NCBI GenBank assembly: GCA_017959965.1
Contig: JAGCZO010000157.1
Coordinates: 1 to 53,208 of the forward strand
DNA from: Clostridia bacterium
GTDB lineage: Bacteria; Bacillota; Clostridia; UBA1212
Length of the DNA stretch: 53,208 nt
Direction: 5' to 3'
The notes below the pieces were generated by a model. The model did no database searches. It was not told the origin of the DNA and was given only the letters and a program-made list of their open reading frames with translations. Numbering within the stretch: the stretch's first letter is position 1; each line of letters begins with the position of its first letter. Below, piece after piece: positions 9,942 to 19,493 of the stretch. The translations under genes and the position numbers were made by a program.

Positions 9942-10033
9942 CGCCGTTTATGAGAGTGTTATCCGGACCTTTGAATCTCCGTGAGAAGCCTGCCTTAAGG
10001 AGGCCGTTCACACTTTCATCTTTTTTCGTGACG

Positions 10034-10891
10034 TCAGTCTCTGTAAGCATGTGTTTCGGTTGAGGAAATATTCAGGAAGGTCTCGCCGTCGATCTGCATA
10101 GCGCAGGGCTGATCGAACTCGACTGTGATGTCCTTACCGGTGAACACCGAAACGTGCTTTGTTTCGTTCACAAGCTCTCCCTTGAAGATCTTCGGGAAGA
10201 TCATGAGGGCGTGGAGCGGGATCTTATCGTACATCACGACGCAGGTCAGCGTTCTTTCCTTGTTCAGTCTGTCCTGATCCGGAGCGACCTTCATGCCGCC
10301 GCCGTAGAATTTTCCGTTCATAACAGGAGCCAGCCAGGCGTTTTTAAATTCATGCACGACGCCGTCAACAGTGATCTTGGCGGTCCTGGGCTTGAATTTG
10401 AAAAGCAGACCCTTGATGGCAATGGAAGTGTAGTTTATCGGCTTGTCGCTGAGAGCGCGCTGTCTGTCGCCTTCTTCACAGCAGTATCCGTCGATACCGT
10501 AGCCAACGCCGTTCACAAAGCAATATTCCTTGCCGTCAACGATCGTAACAGGCAGCTTCTCCAGGTATTTGTTGACGAGAAGCAGCTCATCCTTTACGCT
10601 GCCTTTGACGTCGTTCCAGAAATCGTTGCCCGATCCGGCGGGAAAGAAATAAATATCTCTCTTAAGAGGCCTGCTGTGGATGTCGTTCGCAAGGTGCTGG
10701 AGAGTTCCGTCTCCGCCGCAGAAAACGACCTTCACGTCCTCGGGAACCGTGTCGAGATAGTCGTAGGCATTGCCAATGGTCGTAACGTCGACATATTCAA
10801 AGGTCTCGCCCGGGAGCAGCTTTTCTATTTCTTCGCCTGAGGTTTTGCCCGTTCCGTTGTTGGATTTACTGTTAATAAGGATCCTAACCAT
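10034..10891 (-). CDS. Diacylglycerol kinase family lipid kinase (YegS/BmrU-like)
   Basis: GGDGT, PAGSGNDF, FVNGVGYGIDG, NGKFYGGGM, QIDGE. Confidence 0.88.
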   Translation of the reverse strand: MVRILINSKSNNGTGKTSGEEIEKLLPGETFEYVDVTTIGNAYDYLDTVPEDVKVVFCGGDGTLQHLANDIHSRPLKRDIYFFPAGSGNDFWNDVKGSVKDELLLVNKYLEKLPVTIVDGKEYCFVNGVGYGIDGYCCEEGDRQRALSDKPINYTSIAIKGLLFKFKPRTAKITVDGVVHEFKNAWLAPVMNGKFYGGGMKVAPDQDRLNKERTLTCVVMYDKIPLHALMIFPKIFKGELVNETKHVSVFTGKDITVEFDQPCAMQIDGETFLNISSTETHAYRD

Positions 10892-10977
10892 TATTTCCTC
10901 CTGATCTTATCACACTTATGGCTTGTTTTTTTGAGGATCACCGGAACGGAAGACCGTCCCGGTGACCAAATCTGTCT

Positions 10978-11817
10978 TTATCTGGATTTCTTTTTGATGA
11001 ACACTGACACTGCGGCAAGGGCGAGCAGCGAAAGTCCGGATACCGAAATGATGCTGCCGCAGCCACTGCTTTCGGGCGCTTTTGTCGCAGGCGCGTCGGT
11101 GGCTTCCGGAGCGTCGGTAACTTCGGGAGCGTCGGTTACCACCGGAGCTTCGGTCACTTCGGGAGTAGCGGTGGGCTCGGGTGTCGCGGTAGGCTCGGGA
11201 GTGGGCGTGGGAGGCTCGGGAGTTACTTCTTCGCCTTCGTCAAGGATAACGGCGCAATGGAACCCGTCGGCTTCAATGCTGCATCCGTCGATATCAAACT
11301 CGATGCCGTCCGCAGGCTCTGCGGCGCTGAGGACCAGGTAGGCACCTTCCTCGGAGAGAAGCATAACTCTGAAGCAGTAGGTTCCGCCGGGGAGCTGATC
11401 AAAGGTCCACACGAAGTTACTGTTGTCCTTGTCGGTCGTAATAACTTCTCTTCTCAGAGCGTCTTCGGCTTTATACTCGTATCCGGACTTTGAGGAATCC
11501 GCTTTGAATATTGCCAGCTCCATTTCTCCTGCGACGATACCTTCAAACTGGTTCGGGTCGCCTGCCCAGTAAGGCATCCGGATGGTGCTGAAGGGCTTCT
11601 TGGCAAAGAACGAGACCGATGCGTAGGCGTCCTCGAACACTGTGGCTGTCCACTCGCCGCCGAGAGCTCCGGCAACTGCCGCAAACCAAAGAGTCGGCTG
11701 AGCCGCCTCGATACCTTCGGCAAGCTCCAAAACCTCGGGAGCTTCCTCGGCGGATACTGACATCATACCCATGACCAGAACGGCCAGGATCAAAAGAATC
11801 GATACTACTTTTTTCAT
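10978..11817 (-). CDS. Secreted surface protein: beta-rich module, PT linker, C-terminal SGCG-TM-basic tail
   Basis: Sec signal MKKVV...VSA; TPEPTA/TDAPE linker; ends SSGCGSIISVSGLSLLALAAVSVFIKKKSR. Confidence 0.8.
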   Translation of the reverse strand: MKKVVSILLILAVLVMGMMSVSAEEAPEVLELAEGIEAAQPTLWFAAVAGALGGEWTATVFEDAYASVSFFAKKPFSTIRMPYWAGDPNQFEGIVAGEMELAIFKADSSKSGYEYKAEDALRREVITTDKDNSNFVWTFDQLPGGTYCFRVMLLSEEGAYLVLSAAEPADGIEFDIDGCSIEADGFHCAVILDEGEEVTPEPPTPTPEPTATPEPTATPEVTEAPVVTDAPEVTDAPEATDAPATKAPESSGCGSIISVSGLSLLALAAVSVFIKKKSR

Positions 11818-11970
11818 GATGAATATTCCTTTCTTCTAGATCAATTCCGGGCAGCTTGTAATAGAGGCTGCCCTGTTATATGCGACAGTTGCCTGTCTGA
11901 AACCGAAGACAGCGAACTGTCCGGCTTTTTTCACAATTTATAACTCCGGCAACGCCAGAGTGCGCCCGGG

Positions 11971-13407
11971 TCACCTGTCGATGAAGGCAAGGTAGCCCTT
12001 GTAGGCCCAGTAAACGTCTGCCTTTGAAGCCATCTCGAGAGGGGCGTGCATGCTGAAGAGAGGCACACCGCAGTCGATCACTTCGACGCCCTTGTCGGCC
12101 ATGAACTGAGCAATGGTCCCGCCGCCGCCGGCGTTCATCTTACCCATTTCGTTGATCTGCCAGGCGACCTCGTTTTTGTCGAAAATGCCCGTGACCTCGG
12201 CGACAAATTCCGCAGGAGCATCGGAGGTTCCGCCTTTTCCGCCGCCGCCGGTGTACTTTTCGATGGCGATGCCGCCGCCCATGAACGCGGCGTTTGACTC
12301 ATCGTAGACCTCGGAGTACGAGGGATCGAAGGCCGTGGTAACGTCCGCGGAAAGCATTTTTGAGGATGCAAGGCAGCGTTTGGCGGCGAGAAGGGTCTCA
12401 CCGTAGCCGTAAAGGGAAGCCACCTCCATGGCGAAAAGCTCGAGAGAATTGGACCTTGCGCCTGTGACGCCGACGGAGCCGATCTCTTCTTTATCAGCAA
12501 AATAAGCTACGGCTGTCTTTTCGGGTACGTTCTTCATGTCGATGAGAGCCCGGAGCTCGGTGAATGCGCAGACTCTGTCGTCGTGTCCGTACGCAGCAAT
12601 GATGGCTCTGTCAAAACCGATGTCGACTGCTTTGTCCGCAGGGGTGATGACGAGCTCGGCGTTTATGAAATCTCTCTCGGAAATCTTGTATTTTTCGGAA
12701 AGATAGGTAAGTATTGCCTGCTTTACCGTGAATGGCTTATCGTCCGGATCTGCTTCATTTATGACGCCGGGCATTGAGCCTACGATAACGTTAAGGTGCG
12801 CCTCGGGGTCAATGAAGCCGTTGGCGGGCTTGCTCATCTGGGCATGGCCAAGGTGAGGGAGCAGGTCGGAGATCATGAATTTCGGATCGCCTTCGTCTTC
12901 GCCGATCCTGAAATTGACTTTGGTTCCGTCCGATCTGACGATAACGCCGTGAAGGGCGAGGGGAATGGTGGGCCACTGATACATCTTGATGCCGCCGTAG
13001 TAGTGGGTCTTGAAGTAAAGGAAATTATTCCTCTCCATCAGGGGCCAGGGCTTGAGGTCGAGCCTGGGACAGTCCACGTGGGCGCCGATCAGGTTAAAGC
13101 CCGCATCCGGGCAGGTCTTTCCCAGTCTGGCAATGAAGATGCATCTGTTGTGGTGAACGTAATAAAGCTTAGTGCCGGGAAGCTCGGCGGCAGGGATATT
13201 CTTAGCTTTGATCTCGTCAAGTGAAAGAAATCCGTCGGCTCTAAGCATCTCTACGGCCGAGTCAACGGCCTCGCGTTCGGTCTTGCTGTTGTCAAGAAAT
13301 TTTTTGTAGTCCTCGCAGAAATCGAAAACTTCCTTTTTCTTTTCGTCCGACATATACTGCCAGGAATTCTTTTTCTTAAATTCAAGGGATTCATCAAATT
13401 TTGCCAT
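11971..13407 (-). CDS. M18 family aminopeptidase
   Basis: SKTEREA, GAHVDCPRLDLKP, THYYGGIK, GHDDRVC, DKEEIGS, SADV, SMHAP. Confidence 0.9.
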   Translation of the reverse strand: MAKFDESLEFKKKNSWQYMSDEKKKEVFDFCEDYKKFLDNSKTEREAVDSAVEMLRADGFLSLDEIKAKNIPAAELPGTKLYYVHHNRCIFIARLGKTCPDAGFNLIGAHVDCPRLDLKPWPLMERNNFLYFKTHYYGGIKMYQWPTIPLALHGVIVRSDGTKVNFRIGEDEGDPKFMISDLLPHLGHAQMSKPANGFIDPEAHLNVIVGSMPGVINEADPDDKPFTVKQAILTYLSEKYKISERDFINAELVITPADKAVDIGFDRAIIAAYGHDDRVCAFTELRALIDMKNVPEKTAVAYFADKEEIGSVGVTGARSNSLELFAMEVASLYGYGETLLAAKRCLASSKMLSADVTTAFDPSYSEVYDESNAAFMGGGIAIEKYTGGGGKGGTSDAPAEFVAEVTGIFDKNEVAWQINEMGKMNAGGGGTIAQFMADKGVEVIDCGVPLFSMHAPLEMASKADVYWAYKGYLAFIDR

Positions 13408-13481
13408 AACAATCCTCCACTCAGAAGTTTGAGGTAATTATATCATCTTTGCTTTTTTTGTGCGACCTTTTTTTATATTGT

Positions 13482-13521
13482 TTAACAGATTCGTGCTGCT
13501 TTACTTAACAGATCCGTGCTG
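13482..13521. repeat. Direct repeat, 17 bp x2 (period 23)
   Basis: TTAACAGATTCGTGCTG 13482-13498 and TTAACAGATCCGTGCTG 13505-13521. Confidence 0.8.
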
Positions 13522-13523
13522 TC

Positions 13524-13561
13524 AAAAAAGAAGCCCGGAGGTTTTTATGCCTTCAGACTTC
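13524..13561 (-). terminator. Rho-independent terminator of the dockerin-protein gene
   Basis: Minus strand GAAGTCTGAAGG-loop-CCTCCGGGCTTC then TTTTTT. Confidence 0.6.
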
Positions 13562-13623
13562 TTGATCCTACACCGATCCGTTACGGACAGTGTTTATTTC
13601 TATCGATCAGCTGCTTTTAAATA

Positions 13624-14958
13624 TCAGCCGAAGGTCACGTCCCAGCCGGCGAGATATCTGGCCAGCATGATGGCATCCCAGTCGGAGACTTCACTGTCGC
13701 CGTCGAGATCAAGGGCGTCAAGATCGACATCAACGCTCCAGCCTGCCAGGTAACGCTCAAAGCTAATGGCATCCCAGTCGGAGAGCTCTCCGTCGCCGTC
13801 GGCATCGCCGAGCAGAACGTCGGTCTCGTCATCAGGATCCTCGGGACCGGTGTATTCTGCCGTTCTGAGGGCACAGTAGGGATAGAGCTCCGCTTCATCT
13901 CCGTTTACGAAGAACTCCCAATCTCCTCTTTCGATCGAATTCTCAGTGCCCTGCCAGAAACCGATAGCGCCCTCGTTTATGCGGGTGATGACTATGAGAT
14001 AACGGCGTCCGGCTTTCAGTTTGGCGCCGAAATCAAATTTCAGATCCTGGTTATCGATGTGATCCAGAACTTCGTCCGAGAATACCGGGGAGGAAGCAAT
14101 CGTGGTGTCATAATCGCCTTTCCAGACGTAAACGTCAACGCCTGCGTCAGAGTCGTGATTCTTGTTGCTCCAGGTGGGAGACTGCTTGAAGGTGAATTCC
14201 TTGATGACTTTTCCTGCGGGGACCTGCTCCGTAAGGATCGCGAATTCTTCATCTTTTCCTATTTGGTGAGGATCGTAAGCTCCGTCCACACGGGCAATGA
14301 TAGTGGTCTCCACGTCTTCTATGAAGTACGAAGGAGTCGACGTTTCGATAGATTTAAAGAACTCCGATGCGGCGACTGAGCCGTCGTAGAAAACGCCGAA
14401 AACAAAATCAGATCCGAGCACGTTTTTAGTCGATCCGAACTTTATGTATGAAGGTCCGTAAGCAGCCACGCCTGAAGGGAGAACTGTGTACGGCCCGGGG
14501 GCGTTGGGATTCAGAGTCTCCGCATACGGAGTTATCTGTGCGATCCTGAAAATATACTGGCCTGCGGGCAGAGTCTTTCCGAATCTGAACTCGACGTTAA
14601 GAGTATCTCCGTCGATGTTCCTGTCTTCGGAGAAGAGCGGGGCGGCCGCAACGGATGAATCCGCATCGCCGTCGAAAGCAAAGATCTCAAAACGTACGGT
14701 TGCATCAGCTTCATCAGCGCTTTTGCCGGCAAAGATAACAGGCAAATAGATTCCTGTGATGGGCGCCGCCGCGTTGAAAGTGGCATCGACGTTTCCGACG
14801 CAGTTTCCGTCGCTGTCAAACTGGCTCAGCCAGTATCCTACGCCGGTCGCGACGCCGGTATCGTATGAAAAAGCCAGACCTTCGTCGGCAAAAGATCCGA
14901 TCAGGCATACGGAGAGGATCATGGAAACGGCCAGAAGAACAGCTAATAATTTTTTCAT
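13624..14958 (-). CDS. Secreted protein with two beta-rich modules and a C-terminal type I-like dockerin
   Basis: Signal peptide, AGGAGG RBS; duplicated Ca-loop GDADGDGELSDWDA..RYLAGW / DLDGDSEVSDWDA..RYLAGW at about 13624-13815. Confidence 0.85.
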   Translation of the reverse strand: MKKLLAVLLAVSMILSVCLIGSFADEGLAFSYDTGVATGVGYWLSQFDSDGNCVGNVDATFNAAAPITGIYLPVIFAGKSADEADATVRFEIFAFDGDADSSVAAAPLFSEDRNIDGDTLNVEFRFGKTLPAGQYIFRIAQITPYAETLNPNAPGPYTVLPSGVAAYGPSYIKFGSTKNVLGSDFVFGVFYDGSVAASEFFKSIETSTPSYFIEDVETTIIARVDGAYDPHQIGKDEEFAILTEQVPAGKVIKEFTFKQSPTWSNKNHDSDAGVDVYVWKGDYDTTIASSPVFSDEVLDHIDNQDLKFDFGAKLKAGRRYLIVITRINEGAIGFWQGTENSIERGDWEFFVNGDEAELYPYCALRTAEYTGPEDPDDETDVLLGDADGDGELSDWDAISFERYLAGWSVDVDLDALDLDGDSEVSDWDAIMLARYLAGWDVTFG

Positions 14959-15138
14959 AAATTACTCCTCCTTTTTTTGAAACGGTGCTCCGCAGGGCAA
15001 CTGATGCACAGGCTCCGGCGCACGCTCCGTTGATATACAACCATCACTTTAACAAAGATAGAAACCATTTGCCCTTACGCATAAAAAACCTAAGCGTTCG
15101 GGAAATACTTTCCGGAATTGTTCGTGGTCATTGCCAAC

Positions 15139-15167
15139 ATTTTAAACTATCGCAGGGCGAAAATCAA
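15139..15167 (-). promoter_or_regulatory. Putative sigma-A promoter of the dockerin-protein gene (implies a leader of about 170 nt)
   Basis: Minus strand TTGATT-17 nt-TAAAAT. Confidence 0.5.
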
Positions 15168-15236
15168 CAGTGTTTATCGGCTGTAGACAGGGATGGAAAG
15201 GCGGTAAAAGAGAAGTAAAAGGGCGTGACGCGGTAC

Positions 15237-16178
15237 TCAGACTGCGGAAAGGATGTGGGAATTTCTGACGGAGGAGTCGGATATAAGCGCGTTTACGGCA
15301 TATGCCTGCGCCTCAAGGGAAGGACCGGGATCGGGAAGGAGACCCCGCTCTTTAAGACAATGCGTTATGGAACGAGAAACGTTTTCGATACCGCTGATTT
15401 TTCTTTCCGCGTCGGAAGATGAATTGGCGGTGGTCATAAGGCCGTTCAGGACCGGGATAATATCGCAAAAAGAGGGAATTTCACGCAGAGCGCGGAAGGC
15501 CCATTTGTAGTAGGGACGGTACTTGCCGGAAAGCAGAAAGGCGGCGGAGACCGCGTTGTCGACGAATTCGAAGACCGCCAGCTGGGCTGCTTCGGGCTCT
15601 CCGTGTTTTATACACCGTTCGTAGTTGTACTGGCCGGACTGGCCCATGAGAAGGAGCCTGCCCGCAAGCTTTTTAAGCATCACATCCCGGGGAAAAAACT
15701 CCAGCCTTTCGCGTATCGAGGTGAGAAGCCCGAAATTGTCGAAAAAGATCCGGCCCGAGGTCGCTTCAAGCAGAGCCTGTTCGGGCAGGGAGAACCACAT
15801 GCCGAAGGTAAGCTCTCCGTCCTCCGAACCGACGGTCTTACTGAAAAAATCCGGGATCCTGATGACCCCGTGACGGGGGCCTCCGACGGGAGCCAGCCGC
15901 TCGCGCTTTACGCCCATAAACTCCTTGGGGAGCTTTGCGTAAGCTTTTTCAAGAAGAAATGCGTCACGGCGGCTGACGGTGTCCTCGCCAGGGAGAAAAA
16001 TGCAGAAGCCCGGCTCGAAATCGTGGTCTCTGGATACTTCGTCATCAAAGCCAAGGCACTCTGAACCGCTGCCGGCCAGCCCGACGGCAATGAAAGGCAG
16101 CAGCCCGCTGAATTCGTTTTCAAGCAAAGGCCGCCCGAAGTTTTCAAAATATTGTTCCGAAAGCTCAATTCCCCGCAT
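15237..16178 (-). CDS. DUF4037-domain protein with N-terminal nucleotidyltransferase-like motif
   Basis: Start reassigned to MRGIELS (ATG 16178); GLAGSGSECLGFDD..SRDHDF.PGF, GQYNY.R, PYYKW. Confidence 0.8.
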   Translation of the reverse strand: MRGIELSEQYFENFGRPLLENEFSGLLPFIAVGLAGSGSECLGFDDEVSRDHDFEPGFCIFLPGEDTVSRRDAFLLEKAYAKLPKEFMGVKRERLAPVGGPRHGVIRIPDFFSKTVGSEDGELTFGMWFSLPEQALLEATSGRIFFDNFGLLTSIRERLEFFPRDVMLKKLAGRLLLMGQSGQYNYERCIKHGEPEAAQLAVFEFVDNAVSAAFLLSGKYRPYYKWAFRALREIPSFCDIIPVLNGLMTTANSSSDAERKISGIENVSRSITHCLKERGLLPDPGPSLEAQAYAVNALISDSSVRNSHILSAV

Positions 16179-16189
16179 GGATCCGTGTA

Positions 16190-17041
16190 TTATTTGCCTG
16201 AGTAGATACGCTCCGCCTCGCCTTCCAGGTACTCGGAAGCAAGAAAAAATCCGTAGTGACCGAAAACAGGGGCGCATTTTTCGCAGACGAAGGCGTAGTA
16301 CCCGTCCCTCGGCGCGGCTGTTTTCGTGAGATAGTCATATGCTTTGTCGAGGAGCTCAAAGATCTCGGGCTCGCCGTCCACCTCGCCCTTGTCGGCGGCA
16401 ACTACGTCCGCAACGTTCAGGCAGGTGATGGCCCGTTCCAGCTCGCCGAATTCCACCTTTGACATGTATTCGTCGGCTTTTGCGTATGCTTCGAGGGCGT
16501 CGCCGTACCGCCTCAGCGCTTTACAGCAAAGCCCCATGTTATTGTAAAGTCCTCCGAGAAGGGTGGAAGACACGTTTTCAAGTTGTTTGAAGGCCAGCTC
16601 GGCTTTTTTGAAAAGGACGATGGAGCGCTCGTTCTCGCCAAAAGCATTGCAGGCGGTGGCTGCGTTGACGTAAGTGGTGCCGGCGCTCATCGAATCGCCG
16701 AGATCCAGCTCGTCAATGAGGCTCAGCGCCAGGTCCGCGTTGGCGAGAGCTTTTTCCTTTTCGCCGCACTTGCGGTAGTGGCCGATGAGCTCGTTGGCGA
16801 TCACAAGCATGCCTCTTTTGTCGTTGCCGAGCCTTGCCTCCTCAAGCCAGTAGAGCAGATGCCTTTCCGCCCCCGCGTAATCCTTTTTTGCCAGATATTC
16901 ATCGTTTTTTTCGATGATGCGCTGCTGGGGCACGGAGCGGACCTCGGGCTCTTTTCCGAAGGGCTCGTCGCACAGAAGACAGCGGGGCTCCGCGAAATCC
17001 TCGGGACCTATCACACCGTTTTGAGAAGGATCGTTATTCAT
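16190..17041 (-). CDS. Tetratricopeptide-repeat protein
   Basis: Helical repeats NELIGHYR, TTYVNAATA, GLYNNMGL, AITCLNVAD; adjacent to DUF4037 gene. Confidence 0.75.
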   Translation of the reverse strand: MNNDPSQNGVIGPEDFAEPRCLLCDEPFGKEPEVRSVPQQRIIEKNDEYLAKKDYAGAERHLLYWLEEARLGNDKRGMLVIANELIGHYRKCGEKEKALANADLALSLIDELDLGDSMSAGTTYVNAATACNAFGENERSIVLFKKAELAFKQLENVSSTLLGGLYNNMGLCCKALRRYGDALEAYAKADEYMSKVEFGELERAITCLNVADVVAADKGEVDGEPEIFELLDKAYDYLTKTAAPRDGYYAFVCEKCAPVFGHYGFFLASEYLEGEAERIYSGK

Positions 17042-17093
17042 GTCAAACCTCAGTAAAGCGCAGGCGCGTTCATGGAGCGTACCTTAAAAAAGG

Positions 17094-18380
17094 TTATTCT
17101 TCGCAATTTTCGAGAAGCTTCTCCATGGAGCAGATCTTGACGCACACGCAGAGGATGTTTATTGCAGCCTCAAGCTCCTGGATCGGGGGAAGGGTGGGGG
17201 CAATGCGGATGTTGGAGTCGTTGGGATCCTGCCTGTAGGGGAAGGTGGCGCCCGCGGGCGTGAATTTCACGCCGCACTCTTTGGCCTTGGCAACGACCGC
17301 CGAAGCGCAGCCCGGAAGAGTGTCGATGCTTATAAAGTAGCCGCCGTCGGGCTTTGTCCATTTTAGAATGCCGAGACCGCCAAGCTCCTTGGCGAGTATG
17401 TTGTTCACCGCCTCGAATTTCGGCAGAAGGATCTCGGCGTGCTTTTTCATGTGAGCGATAATGCCGTCGTAGTCCTTGAGAAAACGGGCATGCCTCAGCT
17501 GGTTGACCTTGTCGTAGCAGATGGTCTGGACCGTGAGGCAGGAGAGCAGATATTTGATGTTCTTTTCCGAGGCGCCGACAGCGGAAATGCCGGAGCCCGG
17601 GAAGGTGATCTTGGAGGTGGAGCAGAACAGGAACACTCTGTCGGGGTTGCCGGCTTCCTTGCAGGCTTCAAGCATGTTGAGCTGCTTCGCCGGGGCTTCC
17701 CTGAGAAAATGAACCGTGTAGGCGTCGTCGCACATGATCCTGAAATCTTTGGCGCCGGTCTCCATTGCCGCGAGACGGCGGATCTTCTCGTCGGAAAAGA
17801 CCTCGCCCGTGGGGTTGGAGTACTTGGGTATCATCCAGATACCCTTAACGCAGGGGTCCTTCACGAGCTCTTCCACCATGTCCATATCCGGTCCGTCGCC
17901 CTGAAGGGGCACCGCGATAAGCTCAAAACCCAGCTTCTCCGTGATGAGAAAGTGACGGTCGTAGCCGGGCACGAGGCAGATCCATTTGAGCTTCTCCTCT
18001 TTGACCCATGGCCTGCAGCCCTCCGTACCTGTGCCGAAAAGCATGAAACGGACCAGCAGGTCGTACATCAGGTTGAGACTGGAGTTGCCGCCAACGACGA
18101 TCTCCTCCGTCCCCACGCCAAGCATCTCGGCCATGAGCTTCTTCGCCTCCGGAATGCCGTCGAGCACGCCGTAGTTTCTGACCTCCTGGTCGGAGATCGA
18201 GCTGAAGCCCTTCAGGTACTTCTGATTTTCCAGCTCGTTGGACAGGTCCAGCTGTATCCTGCAGGGCTTGCCCCGGGTCATATCGTAGCTGAGCCCCAGG
18301 TTCTTGTAGCTGTTGAATATCTTGTACTCCGCGTCAAGGAGTCCTTTAAGCGTCTTTTTGTCGAGGTCTTTGTACTGCAT
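17094..18380 (-). CDS. PLP-dependent aminotransferase class I/II (Rv3722c-like aspartate aminotransferase type)
   Basis: DMTRGKP, RNYG, PGYDRHF, PKYSNPTG, DDAY, STSKIT, NIRIAP. Confidence 0.88.
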   Translation of the reverse strand: MQYKDLDKKTLKGLLDAEYKIFNSYKNLGLSYDMTRGKPCRIQLDLSNELENQKYLKGFSSISDQEVRNYGVLDGIPEAKKLMAEMLGVGTEEIVVGGNSSLNLMYDLLVRFMLFGTGTEGCRPWVKEEKLKWICLVPGYDRHFLITEKLGFELIAVPLQGDGPDMDMVEELVKDPCVKGIWMIPKYSNPTGEVFSDEKIRRLAAMETGAKDFRIMCDDAYTVHFLREAPAKQLNMLEACKEAGNPDRVFLFCSTSKITFPGSGISAVGASEKNIKYLLSCLTVQTICYDKVNQLRHARFLKDYDGIIAHMKKHAEILLPKFEAVNNILAKELGGLGILKWTKPDGGYFISIDTLPGCASAVVAKAKECGVKFTPAGATFPYRQDPNDSNIRIAPTLPPIQELEAAINILCVCVKICSMEKLLENCEE

Positions 18381-18389
18381 GTTAATCCT

Positions 18390-18415
18390 CCATGTTATTT
18401 GCCATGTTATTTGCC
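18390..18415. repeat. 12-bp tandem duplication spanning the amidohydrolase stop codon
   Basis: CCATGTTATTTG x2 (18390-18401, 18402-18413). Confidence 0.75.
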
Positions 18416-19234
18416 GGCAAGCTTTGCCTTAACTTCGCCGATGAATCTCACCGCGTTCTCTCTGAAGATCATATTCCTTTCCGTGTCCGTGAGATCAAGC
18501 TTCATGAAATCCTCAAGCTCCGCGGTGTGGTTCTGCATCGGGTAGTCCGTGCCCCAGAAAACGTGTTCTACGCCGTGGGCCCTTATGATATCCACGGACT
18601 CTTTGGGATCGATAAATCTAATCGAACTGCTGGTGTCAAAATAGATGTTGGGGTTTCCCAGGTACCCCTTGAGCGCCACAACGCTTTCCCACTCGCTGTA
18701 GCCGCCAAGGTGAGCGCAGATGCAGGTGAGCTTTGGAAAATCCTTCAGGATCTTAAGAACTCTTTCGGGATTGGAATAGCTGTACCTCTTGTCTCCCGTG
18801 TGGAACAGTATGGGCAGCCTTCCTTCGGCGGCCTCGTAGATCGGATACGCCTCTCTGTCGTCAATGGCAAATTTCTGAAAATCCGGGTGCAGCTTTATAC
18901 CGACAAGGCCGATCTTAGTGATCCTGTCGACCTCTCCGCAGATGTCATCAAACCCTGGGTGCATCGTCCCGAAGCCAATGAACTCCGGATGTCTGCTCAC
19001 TTCTCCCGAAACGAAGCTGTTTATGGCGGTCACCTGAAGAGGGGTTGTAGCCGTGGAGCAGACAAGGTACTTGTCAACGCCGATCTCGCTTCCGGACTCT
19101 ATCAGATCCTCAGAGAACCCCTTTTTGACCATAGGGATCCCGTAGAACCCGCCAATGGACGACACCGCCTTTTCCGCTATTTTTTGCGGAAAAATATGGG
19201 TATGCATATCGTATATGAACTTTTCCACAAACAT
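18407..19234 (-). CDS. Amidohydrolase family protein (Amidohydro_2-like)
   Basis: DMHTH, GIKLHPDFQ, FHTGD, AHLGG, WGTDYP; GGAGG RBS. Confidence 0.85.
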   Translation of the reverse strand: MFVEKFIYDMHTHIFPQKIAEKAVSSIGGFYGIPMVKKGFSEDLIESGSEIGVDKYLVCSTATTPLQVTAINSFVSGEVSRHPEFIGFGTMHPGFDDICGEVDRITKIGLVGIKLHPDFQKFAIDDREAYPIYEAAEGRLPILFHTGDKRYSYSNPERVLKILKDFPKLTCICAHLGGYSEWESVVALKGYLGNPNIYFDTSSSIRFIDPKESVDIIRAHGVEHVFWGTDYPMQNHTAELEDFMKLDLTDTERNMIFRENAVRFIGEVKAKLAGK

Positions 19235-19493
19235 CCCTCCCTTTGCAATAACGGGGATCCGGCTTTTTGAAAATTACAGCCGGTAAGAATAAAAGTAGGA
19301 TTCTACCACCGTGAGAGAGATTATTCAAGAGCGGGGAACGATTAATTGAGCGTGTTTCTTCTTTTGCGGAAAAAACCGCGGGTCCGCCGATACACGGAAT
19401 GAGAGCAAAAAACGGGCCCCGTACCGTTCCGGAAGTGTTTGTCTCTTTTTGAGACCTGCGGAAACGAGAGGGCCCGAAACACTTTAGTCGTTT

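Noticed and set aside
19405-19477. Long imperfect hairpin downstream of the zinc-ribbon gene
   Set aside because: Adequately explained as a minus-strand terminator (followed by a T-run on that strand)
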